From a virus, in the IMG/VR virus record IMGVR_UViG_3300042934_000110, positions 1 to 43,089 of that record: a stretch of DNA of 43,089 nucleotides. The stretch is one strand, 5' to 3'. Below are positions 8,581-15,683 of the stretch, piece after piece. A program made the translations under genes and the position numbers. The notes under the pieces were generated by a model, which did no database searches, was not told where the DNA came from, and worked only from the letters and a program-made list of their open reading frames with translations. Positions within the stretch are counted from its first letter, which is position 1, and every line of letters starts with the position of its first letter.

Positions 8581-10367
8581 TGGACACACGCGCACGTTGG
8601 GCAAAGGCCCAGCTTGTGCGGGAGATGTACCCGGAGTTCGTGGACTTCTGCCGTGACGCCTTTAACTACATCGGGTTCTCCCTGACGTGGATGCAGGCGG
8701 ACATCGCAATGTTCATGCAACACGGACCCGCCGAGCAAATGGTACAAGCCCAACGCGGCGAGGCCAAATCAACCATCGCCTGTTTCTACGGCGTGTGGGA
8801 ATTGATACAAGACCCGTCCAAGCGGATTATGTTAGTGTCGGGTGCAGAGGATAAGGCTAAAGAGAACGGAATTCTCATGAAACGCCTGATCATGCAATGG
8901 GATGTACTCGATTACATGCGCCCCGATAAAGGCGCAGGGGACCGCACGTCCGACCTTGAGTTCGACGTACACTGGTCCCTCCGGGGTGTTGAGAAGTCTG
9001 CGTCGGTTAACTGCCTGGGCCTTACCGGCTCCTTGCAGGGCTACCGTGCAGACGTATTGATCCCGGACGACATCGAGACCACCAAGAACGGTCTAACGGC
9101 TACAGGGCGCGAACACATTGCGCTCCTGTCCCGCGAATTCAGCTCGATTGTGACCCACGGTCGCATCATGTACCTGGGCACCCCGCAGACGCGGGAATCC
9201 ATCTACAACGGTCTGCCGCGCCGGGGTTACACTGTGCGCATCTGGCCTGGGCGGTTCCCATCCCTTGAGGAAGAGGAACGTTACGCCGAGTACTTAGCCC
9301 CGAGCATTGCCGAGCGCATCACCCTCCTGGGTGAGAAGTGCCGCAGCGGTAAGGGTCTCGACGGCTCCCGTGGCTGGTCCACTGACCCAGAGCGGTACAC
9401 CGAAGGCGACCTGTGCAAGAAGGAACTAGACCAAGGCCCCGAGGGTTTCCAGCTCCAGTTCATGCTTGACACTACCCTGTCGGATGCTATGCGTCAACAG
9501 TTGAAGTTGCGCGACCTTATTATCGGCGATTTCAGCATCGACAACGTACCCGAGCGCCTGTCCTGGGCAGCAGACAAAAAGCTGCGCTTGGAGATTCCAC
9601 AGGACTTCCCGTTAGCCAAGGCAGAGATGTACCTGCCTGCATTTATATCCGAGCACTTCGCCCCGCTGCAATCCATCACCATGACCGTTGACCCTGCGTC
9701 TGACGGCGGCGATGAGCTTGCGTTTGCGATTGGCGGTGTGGTCGGGCCGTACATGCATCTTTTGGCTGTGGGCGGCTTCAAGGGTGGCTTCGCAGAGGAC
9801 AACCTAGAAAAGCTCGTGCAGCTCGTTATACAGTTCGGCGTACGCGGTGTGCTTGTAGAGCGCAACATGGGCGCGGGTGCTGTAACGCAGCTCATCCAGA
9901 ACTACTTCAACAGCATTGACCCAGTGACCGGCAAACGCCGCGTGCAGGGCTGTGGTGTCGATGAGCGCTGGGCCAGCGGGCAGAAAGAGAAGCGCATTAT
10001 CGACACCTTACGTCCAATCATCCAGCGCCATCGCCTAGTTGTACACCGGGCCGCCCTGGATATGGACTTGGAGATGTTGAAGCAGTACCCCATGGATAAG
10101 CGCAGCACTCGCTCGTTCTTCCACCAGCTGCACAGCATCACCACAGATAAGGGCTCGCTTGAGAAAGACGACCGCCTGGATGCTGTGGAAGCACTCGCCC
10201 GCGAGCTTGTTGGGTTCCTTATTGTTGACGAGGAACTGGAACAACGCAAGCGCGAAGTAAAGGAGTTCAAGGACTTCTTGAATGACCCTCTAGGCTCTGC
10301 ATCCCGCAAGCCTACGCCACAAGGCACGAAACGTTCACACCGCGCCATCAAGCGCAGGGGCATGTAA
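8580..10367 (+). CDS. Terminase large subunit
   Basis: 595 aa. Has a T7 gp19-like Walker A variant (QAQRGEAKS), LIPDDIE (Walker B-like) and a C-terminal nuclease region. Synteny supports the call. Confidence 0.9.
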   Translation: MDTRARWAKAQLVREMYPEFVDFCRDAFNYIGFSLTWMQADIAMFMQHGPAEQMVQAQRGEAKSTIACFYGVWELIQDPSKRIMLVSGAEDKAKENGILMKRLIMQWDVLDYMRPDKGAGDRTSDLEFDVHWSLRGVEKSASVNCLGLTGSLQGYRADVLIPDDIETTKNGLTATGREHIALLSREFSSIVTHGRIMYLGTPQTRESIYNGLPRRGYTVRIWPGRFPSLEEEERYAEYLAPSIAERITLLGEKCRSGKGLDGSRGWSTDPERYTEGDLCKKELDQGPEGFQLQFMLDTTLSDAMRQQLKLRDLIIGDFSIDNVPERLSWAADKKLRLEIPQDFPLAKAEMYLPAFISEHFAPLQSITMTVDPASDGGDELAFAIGGVVGPYMHLLAVGGFKGGFAEDNLEKLVQLVIQFGVRGVLVERNMGAGAVTQLIQNYFNSIDPVTGKRRVQGCGVDERWASGQKEKRIIDTLRPIIQRHRLVVHRAALDMDLEMLKQYPMDKRSTRSFFHQLHSITTDKGSLEKDDRLDAVEALARELVGFLIVDEELEQRKREVKEFKDFLNDPLGSASRKPTPQGTKRSHRAIKRRGM

Positions 10368-10585
10368 TGGATATCAAAGACGTTGTTATTGACAGAGCAG
10401 CGACCGCTAGCCCTTCGCTTGGGTACCTGGGCATCTGGCTCTCGGGCATGACCATAAGCAATTGGGTCGCGGTGCTGACTGGTGTACTCGTGGTCTGCCA
10501 AATCGTTAAGACGGTGGTAGAGCTGCGCAACCTGCGGGCTGCACGCAAAGAGGCCGAACATGTCACTCAAAAGCAGGCTAGTTAA
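10367..10585 (+). CDS. Holin (two-TMD, pinholin-like)
   Basis: 72 aa with two hydrophobic segments (LGYLGIWLSGMTI, WVAVLTGVLVVCQIV) and a charged C-terminus. TAATG overlap with terminase. It overlaps the start of the SAR endolysin. Confidence 0.75.
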   Translation: MDIKDVVIDRAATASPSLGYLGIWLSGMTISNWVAVLTGVLVVCQIVKTVVELRNLRAARKEAEHVTQKQAS

Positions 10586-11057
10586 TCTCGGTGCGACCGG
10601 CGCTGTACTGCTGGCTGCCACCTTCCTCGGTCCAATCGAAGAACTACGTACAGTCCCCTACCAAGACATTGGGGGCGTTAATACGTGGTGCTACGGCCAA
10701 ACGGTAGGCATCCCCAAGGCGCAGTTCACTGTCGCCGAATGTGATGCAGACCTACTGCGTTCCGTTAGCCGGTACACCGAGGCCATCAAGCCGTACACCG
10801 CTGGGGCACCCGCCCCGGTGGTAGCGGCCATGGTGTCCGTGCAGTACAACACGCAAGCCCCTGGCGCGCCGCATGCTCGCTTCCTAGAGCCCCTGGCGCG
10901 TAAGGACTGGCGGGCAGCCTGTGCCGCGATTACAGCCCCTTGGAAGGGCAAGTACGGCGTTGCCCAGGGGTTCAAGGCTACGGTCAAAGGCAAGCCCTCC
11001 AAGGGCCTGGAGAACCGGCGCGCCAAGGAGTTCAAGCTATGCGTATCGGGGTTGTAA
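10560..11057 (+). CDS. SAR endolysin (GH24 lysozyme with N-terminal signal-arrest-release segment)
   Basis: The N-terminal weakly hydrophobic Gly/Ala-rich segment LVNLGATGAVLLAATFLG is followed by EELRTVPYQDIGGVNT, matching the Glu-x8-Asp-x5-Thr catalytic triad spacing of SAR lysozymes. Confidence 0.85.
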   Translation: MSLKSRLVNLGATGAVLLAATFLGPIEELRTVPYQDIGGVNTWCYGQTVGIPKAQFTVAECDADLLRSVSRYTEAIKPYTAGAPAPVVAAMVSVQYNTQAPGAPHARFLEPLARKDWRAACAAITAPWKGKYGVAQGFKATVKGKPSKGLENRRAKEFKLCVSGL

Positions 11058-11380
11058 TCGGCGCCTTTATGGTGCTGCTGGGCCTGCTGTGTGGGGCCTC
11101 ATGGTACGCCCTGGGGCAGCACACACGGGCCGTCCAGGCCGAGGCTTTGGTAACGGACCTGTCGGGTAAGCTCGACGCTGCCAAGGCACGCACAAGCCGT
11201 ATCCAAGCCGCTGTGCTCACTGTGGAGGCACAACGTAATGAAGCGCAACAGAAGCTCCGCAAGGCTCTTGAGGGCAACCGGGGGTGGGCTGATAGCCCTG
11301 CTCCTGGGCCTGTCTCTGACGAGCTGTGCAAGCGTCTCAGATGTACCGGAGTTCATCCCGTGCCAACACCCGCAGGTTGA
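11039..11380 (+). CDS. i-spanin (Rz-like)
   Basis: ATG at 11039 with AAGGAG 8 nt upstream. N-terminal TMD (MRIGVVIGAFMVLLGLLCGASWY), then a coiled-coil periplasmic domain. The upstream part of the 10940 ORF overlaps the endolysin and lacks an RBS. Confidence 0.8.
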   Translation: MRIGVVIGAFMVLLGLLCGASWYALGQHTRAVQAEALVTDLSGKLDAAKARTSRIQAAVLTVEAQRNEAQQKLRKALEGNRGWADSPAPGPVSDELCKRLRCTGVHPVPTPAG

Positions 11381-11489
11381 TCTATCGACTAACGGCGGGT
11401 ACGCACAGGGGCTGCTGGACTACTCCACAGCCCTCGACACATGCAATGCAATTAACGGGTTAATACCCACCACCCCAAGCAAGGAGTAA
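11238..11489 (+). CDS. o-spanin (Rz1-like lipoprotein), overlapped architecture
   Basis: Starts inside Rz in another frame and extends beyond it. Has a signal sequence plus lipobox LSLTSC, and the mature part is Pro-containing. Confidence 0.8.
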   Translation: MKRNRSSARLLRATGGGLIALLLGLSLTSCASVSDVPEFIPCQHPQVDLSTNGGYAQGLLDYSTALDTCNAINGLIPTTPSKE

Positions 11490-11495
11490 CACCCC

Positions 11496-11687
11496 ATGGC
11501 CGGTATCGTATCCGCAACCAAGGTCCAAGTTGAAACCCTGTACCGCGCAGTGCGCAAGCTGGAACTGGAGCTGCGGTTCTACAACCAGGGCACCGAACAA
11601 CCGGGCACCACGCCTGCTTCGCGTGCCGCTGCAATCGATGCACTGGTGGACGCTGCTGTGGCAGCCATTGCCCCAGTGAACACCTAA
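11496..11687 (+). CDS. Hypothetical protein (63 aa, helical)
   Basis: ORF with AAGGAG 9 nt upstream and T/C-ending codon preference like the virion genes. No family recognised. Confidence 0.6.
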   Translation: MAGIVSATKVQVETLYRAVRKLELELRFYNQGTEQPGTTPASRAAAIDALVDAAVAAIAPVNT

Positions 11688-11727
11688 CCCACAACGCGGG
11701 CGGCTACGGTCGCCCTCTGGAGCACAT

Positions 11728-12408
11728 ATGAGTTTCGCTACCGCAACACCCGCCCAACGCCGCAAGGTGCGTGACGAGGCCACTAAGGCTATGTTCGCCG
11801 CACAACCATTCGCACAAAACGCCGTAACCCCTACCGCTGCCGAGAGCACTGCCGTAGGTACTGTCCTGGCGGGCCTGAGCACCGCGCTGGCAGATGTGGG
11901 CGTAACCGCTGCCCTGCCTGCAACCCAAGCCGTGGTATCCGATGGCGGGAACGTCACGGTCAAGAACTCCGCAGGCACTGTATCCAAGACCGGTGTGGCG
12001 ACTGTGGCGGCTAACGCTATCACTGGCGTAGCCCTGGCGAGCACCGAGGCCATCCTATCGAACGGTGGCACCGCAGTCATCCAGAACTCTGGCGGGCAGT
12101 TCCAACGCTCTGGTACTGCCGCTGTAGCCGCAGGCGTCGTCACTAACCTGACCCTGCCCGCCGACGTGGCCTGCGTAGTGAACGCTGGTGCCGTGGTTGT
12201 GCGGAACTCTGCGGCCACAGCCATAACAGGCACGCACACTGCTGCTGTAGCTGCGGGCGTGCTGTCACAGGTGACCCTGGCGAGCACTGTTGCCCCTGTG
12301 ATCAGCGGCGTAAAGATCAACGCTACGTCGGTGACCGGTACCGGGAACTTCGCAACCATCACCGTAACGAACGGCGTAATCACTGCAATTGTACTGAGCG
12401 CAAGCTAA
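11728..12408 (+). CDS. Hypothetical Ala/Thr/Val-rich protein with four tandem ~40-aa repeats
   Basis: 226 aa with GGAG 7 nt upstream. Residues ~63-223 form four units beginning LPATQAVV / LASTEAIL / LPADVACV / LASTVAPV, each containing an (S/N)xGG..V.V(K/Q/R)NS core. Codon usage resembles highly expressed late genes. Confidence 0.75.
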   Translation: MSFATATPAQRRKVRDEATKAMFAAQPFAQNAVTPTAAESTAVGTVLAGLSTALADVGVTAALPATQAVVSDGGNVTVKNSAGTVSKTGVATVAANAITGVALASTEAILSNGGTAVIQNSGGQFQRSGTAAVAAGVVTNLTLPADVACVVNAGAVVVRNSAATAITGTHTAAVAAGVLSQVTLASTVAPVISGVKINATSVTGTGNFATITVTNGVITAIVLSAS

Positions 12409-12422
12409 CCCATAGGTGACCC

Positions 12423-12842
12423 ATGACCACGATTGCGTATCTCGATGGAGTGTTCGCGTACGACTCGCGTATCAGCTCTGGCAGCGACATCATTACGGAC
12501 AAGTACCAGAAGAAACAAACCCGTGGCGGTGTGACGTTTGTGCTCGCAGGCTGCGTGCCTGACTTTGAGCCGTTCATGCAAGCGTACTTGGCTGGCTGCA
12601 AGGTCTCCGGCTTGAACGTACGCGCATTCGTGGTCAAGGGTGACCGCATCACACAGGCAAGCGCTTGTGACGACGACATGTGGGAAAGCCCTGTGCATAA
12701 AGGCGAGCCCATGGCAATCGGCTCTGGTGCTGCGCATGCTCTAACCGCAATGGACTGTGGGTTATCTCCTGTCGAAGCTGTGCGTATGGCAATGAAGCGT
12801 GATGCATGTACCGGTGGCACGATCAGAACGTACCGGGTGTGA
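12423..12842 (+). CDS. Minimal HslV / proteasome beta-subunit-like Ntn hydrolase (139 aa)
   Basis: By-eye alignment to E. coli HslV recalled from memory. MTTIAYLDG vs MTTIVSVRRNG (Thr directly after the initiator Met). DKYQKK vs KGNVKK. FVLAGCVPDFEPF vs IAGFAGGTADAFTLF. PMAIGSGAAHALTAM vs LIAIGSGGPYAQAAA. C-terminal DACTGGTIRTY vs DICIYTNHFHTI. Confidence 0.7.
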   Translation: MTTIAYLDGVFAYDSRISSGSDIITDKYQKKQTRGGVTFVLAGCVPDFEPFMQAYLAGCKVSGLNVRAFVVKGDRITQASACDDDMWESPVHKGEPMAIGSGAAHALTAMDCGLSPVEAVRMAMKRDACTGGTIRTYRV

Positions 12843-12854
12843 CAAGACGAACGG

Positions 12855-12881
12855 AGTACCGTGCAGCAGATGTACGGTACT
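12855..12881 (+). other. Hairpin (8-bp stem AGTACCGT / ACGGTACT, 11-nt loop) just after the last right-end gene
   Basis: Perfect inverted repeat read directly. There is no U-run, so it is not a canonical intrinsic terminator. Confidence 0.45.
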
Positions 12882-12971
12882 TGACAGGCTGGAATGGGAG
12901 TGCATAGGCGGCTTAATTTGGAGCGCTCGTGCGTCAGGCTCTCCGACCCCGATCACGCCGAGTCTTCCCCG

Positions 12972-12994
12972 TAGGCCCTAGGCCAGGGTAGGCC
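12972..12994. repeat. Three closely spaced TAGGCC hexamers
   Basis: cgTAGGCCcTAGGCCagggTAGGCCatcg, read directly in the non-coding region. Confidence 0.6.
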
Positions 12995-13034
12995 ATCGTC
13001 GATGCTGCGGGAGATTTGTGCTTCCATGATGGTT

Positions 13035-13063
13035 AGTGTAGCTAGGTCTAGCCAGGGTGTCAA
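13035..13063 (-). promoter_or_regulatory. Candidate leftward sigma70-like promoter (minus strand TTGACA-17-TACACT)
   Basis: The + strand reads AGTGTA(13035-13040)-17 nt-TGTCAA(13058-13063). It is the only good minus-strand promoter-like site I saw in non-coding DNA, and it could be chance. Confidence 0.3.
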
Positions 13064-13160
13064 CACCTGTTTGCATCTTTCTTCATCGGAGTTGCTGTGA
13101 GGTTCCACCTTCGGTGGTGTCGCTGTCCAGGGTTGGCTGTGCCTGGGTGTGTCTGCGTGC

Positions 13161-13215
13161 TGGCATACCTTTTTGTGTTTGCTTCACTGTGCGTTCGGGG
13201 TGGCATACCTTTTTG
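13161..13215. repeat. Direct repeat TGGCATACCTTTTTG x2 with 40-bp period, inside an A-depleted, T-rich non-coding tract
   Basis: Identical 15-mers at 13161-13175 and 13201-13215. The surrounding ~13050-13390 has very few A residues on the + strand. Confidence 0.8.
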
Positions 13216-13389
13216 CACATTGGATTGCCTGTCTGCTACCTGTCTTCAATCCTGTCATTACCTAGAGGTTGCTCTATCAGTCTTCTCTTTCTCTCTGCTT
13301 CCCTTCCTTGCGTCAGGTAGGGTCCCCAATCCCTAACCGTGTCGATCAGGTAGTAGCTCCTTCGTCTCTCCTCCGCTTCTCTCCACAGT

Positions 13390-13412
13390 ATGTTACATTA
13401 CGGAGAGGGTTG
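13390..13412 (+). promoter_or_regulatory. Degenerate copy of the ATGTTACAT...GGAGAGGG motif (possible weak or vestigial phage-RNAP promoter)
   Basis: atgttacattacggagagggttg shares ATGTTACAT and GGAGAGGG with the copy at 35276-35306. Confidence 0.3.
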
Positions 13413-13470
13413 ATCTAGAGCCTTTGCTAGAGGATGCTGAGACGCTAGCGCAATGGATTGCTCATAGGGC

Positions 13471-13499
13471 TTGACGGGGAGTTAAGAGTTAACTACAGT
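13471..13499 (+). promoter_or_regulatory. Sigma70-like early promoter (TTGACG-17-TACAGT)
   Basis: -35 at 13471-13476, 17-nt spacer, -10 at 13494-13499. Preceded by TAGGGC as at 14780 and 17227, and followed by the AACGGAG RBS and a small ORF. Confidence 0.65.
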
Positions 13500-13526
13500 G
13501 CGCGTACCACAACGGAGAAAACGTCA

Positions 13527-13646
13527 TGAAAGCAGCCATCTTAGTACTCTGCGCAATCAACCACAGATGGATGACTCCCGAAGGCGCGTACCGTATCAAG
13601 GTAGGCTTTGCTGACGGTGAGTTCACACCAGTTAAGTTCCTCTAAC
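13527..13646 (+). CDS. Small hypothetical early protein (39 aa)
   Basis: ATG with ACGGAG 8 nt upstream, 28 nt after the promoter -10. Sequence is MKAAILVLCAINHRWMTPEGAYRIKVGFADGEFTPVKFL. It falls below the ORF-track size cutoff. Confidence 0.4.
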
Positions 13647-13668
13647 CAACACAGCTAGGAGATACACC

Positions 13669-14382
13669 ATGACTACACAAGATGCAGTGCAACAGGTACC
13701 GGCCCAATCCGTTTACACCTTGGAGCTGGCGGTAGGTGAAGAGGTAGCGCACAAGGAGTACATGGATTACACCAGAGCTAAGCAGGCTTACGACGATGCT
13801 GTGGCGGATACGCTGGCCCTAACGCTGGTAGGTGTGACGCGTGTCGAGTTATTCAGCGAAGCAGTGGGCAGCCTGGATAAGTGGGTGCGTGATGAGCCTG
13901 CACTCGCAGGCCCTGTGCCGCCTGCTGGTGGGGAGCCGGAAGTGTTGTTAGAGGTTGAATATTTGGGCGATGGCGGCGGCGGTTGGAATGAAGTAACCCC
14001 AGAATGGTTCGAGAAAGCAAAACAGTCCGAGTATTACAGGACGCGGGTTATCTATTCGCCAGAGCACGTCACCCGGCTACAGGCTGAGGTCGGCCGCCTC
14101 GATCGAGAATCCCAGAATCTGAGCAATCAACTCGGTGCATGTGACCGAGAGCGCAGGGCCTTCAGGGACGAACTGACCAAGGCGCGGGAGTTGTTGACCG
14201 GTAGTTTGCGTACTGGCGATGGGTATGACGCGCTGATCGAGGAATACCTCTCCAACCAATCCGCGCCAGCCGACAAGGTGTGTGAGCACAACCGCCAAGT
14301 GTACAACGTAATGGAAGATCACCACACGTGCGTAGACTGCAATGCACGTGGACCATTCCCAGCTAAAGGGATGAAACCATGA
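13669..14382 (+). CDS. Hypothetical early protein (237 aa; coiled-coil, C-terminal Cys/His cluster)
   Basis: AGGAG RBS. C-terminal CEHN...HHTCVDC may bind metal. No family recognised. Confidence 0.75.
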   Translation: MTTQDAVQQVPAQSVYTLELAVGEEVAHKEYMDYTRAKQAYDDAVADTLALTLVGVTRVELFSEAVGSLDKWVRDEPALAGPVPPAGGEPEVLLEVEYLGDGGGGWNEVTPEWFEKAKQSEYYRTRVIYSPEHVTRLQAEVGRLDRESQNLSNQLGACDRERRAFRDELTKARELLTGSLRTGDGYDALIEEYLSNQSAPADKVCEHNRQVYNVMEDHHTCVDCNARGPFPAKGMKP

Positions 14383-14627
14383 GCCTGTCTAGCACGAGCT
14401 TCAACACCGCCAGTATGGTGGCTAAGGTCAAGATAGCAATGCAGGTCGCCACGTACGACGGGCACGCAGAGTTGTACGGGCGCAAGGGTAAGCTGTTGAT
14501 GCAGGTGCATTACCATCCGGGTTGCCGCCAGCCTTTCCAGTTCTTCAACGCCGACCAAGGCGATGTGTCTGCACTCGTTCTTGCCGGTGCGCGGCAATTC
14601 CACGCCAGGGTTGGTGCGTATGCTTAG
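14379..14627 (+). CDS. Hypothetical early protein (82 aa)
   Basis: ATGA start/stop overlap with the preceding gene. Confidence 0.65.
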   Translation: MSLSSTSFNTASMVAKVKIAMQVATYDGHAELYGRKGKLLMQVHYHPGCRQPFQFFNADQGDVSALVLAGARQFHARVGAYA

Positions 14628-14790
14628 CCTCATGAACAGGGCCGCTAAGGCCCGTGGGCAGGCCAAGGCAGCGTACTGGCGGGCGCAGTGGAAGGAGGGC
14701 GACTACAAGCTGCGTGGTCGTCGGCCTTGGGCTATCCGCACTGAGTTGCAATTCTTTCACCAAGTTGCATTGTTAGGGCTTGACAGGTAG
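14620..14790 (+). CDS. Hypothetical early protein (56 aa, basic)
   Basis: The ATG at 14620 overlaps the stop of the upstream gene (ATGCTTAG). The upstream part of the 14563 ORF overlaps that gene. Confidence 0.5.
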   Translation: MLSLMNRAAKARGQAKAAYWRAQWKEGDYKLRGRRPWAIRTELQFFHQVALLGLDR

Positions 14791-14808
14791 TTAACTGTTA
14801 ACGATACT
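14780..14808 (+). promoter_or_regulatory. Sigma70-like early promoter (TTGACA-17-GATACT)
   Basis: -35 at 14780-14785 and -10 at 14803-14808. Upstream GTTGCATTGTTAGGGC resembles the context of the 17227 promoter. Downstream is an AACGGAG RBS and a small ORF. Confidence 0.65.
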
Positions 14809-14841
14809 GGGCCATCGAAACAAACAACGGAGCAAGACGAA

Positions 14842-15009
14842 ATGACCGAAGTGGACAAACGCAGAGCAGATGAACTCATCAGCGGGTATATGGCATCAGC
14901 ACCAAAGTACAGAAAGGCGAGGATTAAAGCTTGTGAGTTGCAGGCGGTCTTAAACCCCCACGCTTCAGATTATTGGATGTACATCGCTAAAAGCCTAAGC
15001 GAAGCCTAA
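14842..15009 (+). CDS. Small hypothetical early protein (55 aa)
   Basis: ATG with ACGGAG upstream. Sequence begins MTEVDKRRADELISGYMASAPKYRKARIKACELQAV. Below the ORF-track cutoff. Confidence 0.5.
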   Translation: MTEVDKRRADELISGYMASAPKYRKARIKACELQAVLNPHASDYWMYIAKSLSEA

Positions 15010-15025
15010 CAACCCCGCCCACCTC

Positions 15026-15046
15026 AAGCCCCTTAACTGGGGCTTT
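15026..15046 (+). terminator. Hairpin AAGCCCC-ttaact-GGGGCTT followed by T (weak terminator or attenuator)
   Basis: 7-bp GC-rich perfect stem read directly. There is only a short T tail. Confidence 0.35.
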
Positions 15047-15073
15047 GCCAGTACCAACATAGGAGCACCGCCA

Positions 15074-15430
15074 ATGACCAGTCAAGAGTTTCTGCTTAGC
15101 CTCAAAGCCCTGCGGGCGCAGTACGATGTCCAGTTGTGGACCGGTACCGAATACAACCGCAAGCTTCTGCAACTTCACGCAGACCACGCCGCCGCCCTGC
15201 TGGTCGAGCAACCTGGGCCTAATGCCGTAGAGGTACCCGCCCCGGCGCCTGCACTCTCGCGTGGCCTGACGTACGCCCATACTGAGTGGGCAAGCCAACA
15301 CGATTGGTACGTGAGCCGTGGTCTGGATAGTGAAGGGTATTATGTGCGGGTGCGCAATGATGACCCGAACGCGGGCAGGTCGCTTGAGTTCCGAGACTAC
15401 AACGAGCTGCGCGCCTGGGCAGGGTACTAG
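15074..15430 (+). CDS. Hypothetical early protein (118 aa)
   Basis: ATG with TAGGAG RBS 8 nt upstream. Confidence 0.7.
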   Translation: MTSQEFLLSLKALRAQYDVQLWTGTEYNRKLLQLHADHAAALLVEQPGPNAVEVPAPAPALSRGLTYAHTEWASQHDWYVSRGLDSEGYYVRVRNDDPNAGRSLEFRDYNELRAWAGY

Positions 15431-15431
15431 C

Positions 15432-15683
15432 ATGGACATACGCACATGGTTTTGGCTTGAAGGCGTAGTAGGTGCGGCCAACCTCGAACGTATGGTGTAC
15501 GTCACCCTAGATACAGAAGCGCTATTGGGCAGATCCCTAGACTTCTTTGTAGTGGACGATGTGTTCGGGCGCGAGAGCGAACCTAAGCACACTAGTCACC
15601 GGACTGTCCGCACCGGCTCAGACATCAAGGGCAAGTTCGGGCGCAGTGTTGGACCACGCGACAAATGGGGTAAGTTGAAATGA
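15432..15683 (+). CDS. Hypothetical early protein (83 aa)
   Basis: The ATG lies one base after the stop of the upstream gene. The upstream portion of the 15318 ORF overlaps that gene. Confidence 0.6.
   Translation: MDIRTWFWLEGVVGAANLERMVYVTLDTEALLGRSLDFFVVDDVFGRESEPKHTSHRTVRTGSDIKGKFGRSVGPRDKWGKLK

Noticed and set aside
11460-12383. 307-aa minus-strand ORF opposite the repeat-protein gene
   Set aside because: It is a mirror of the Ala/Thr/Val repeat composition. It lacks an RBS, overlaps two well-supported + strand genes, and every other gene in the genome is on the + strand.
12881-12910. TTGACA at 12881 as an additional rightward promoter
   Set aside because: There is no acceptable -10 hexamer at 16-18 nt spacing (ATAGGC or TAGGCG only).
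13057-13336. Two overlapping ORFs (87 and 79 aa) rich in Cys/Leu/Phe/Ser/Val
   Set aside because: They fall in the A-depleted non-coding tract, where stop codons are rare by composition. There is no RBS and no coding periodicity, and the two frames overlap each other.
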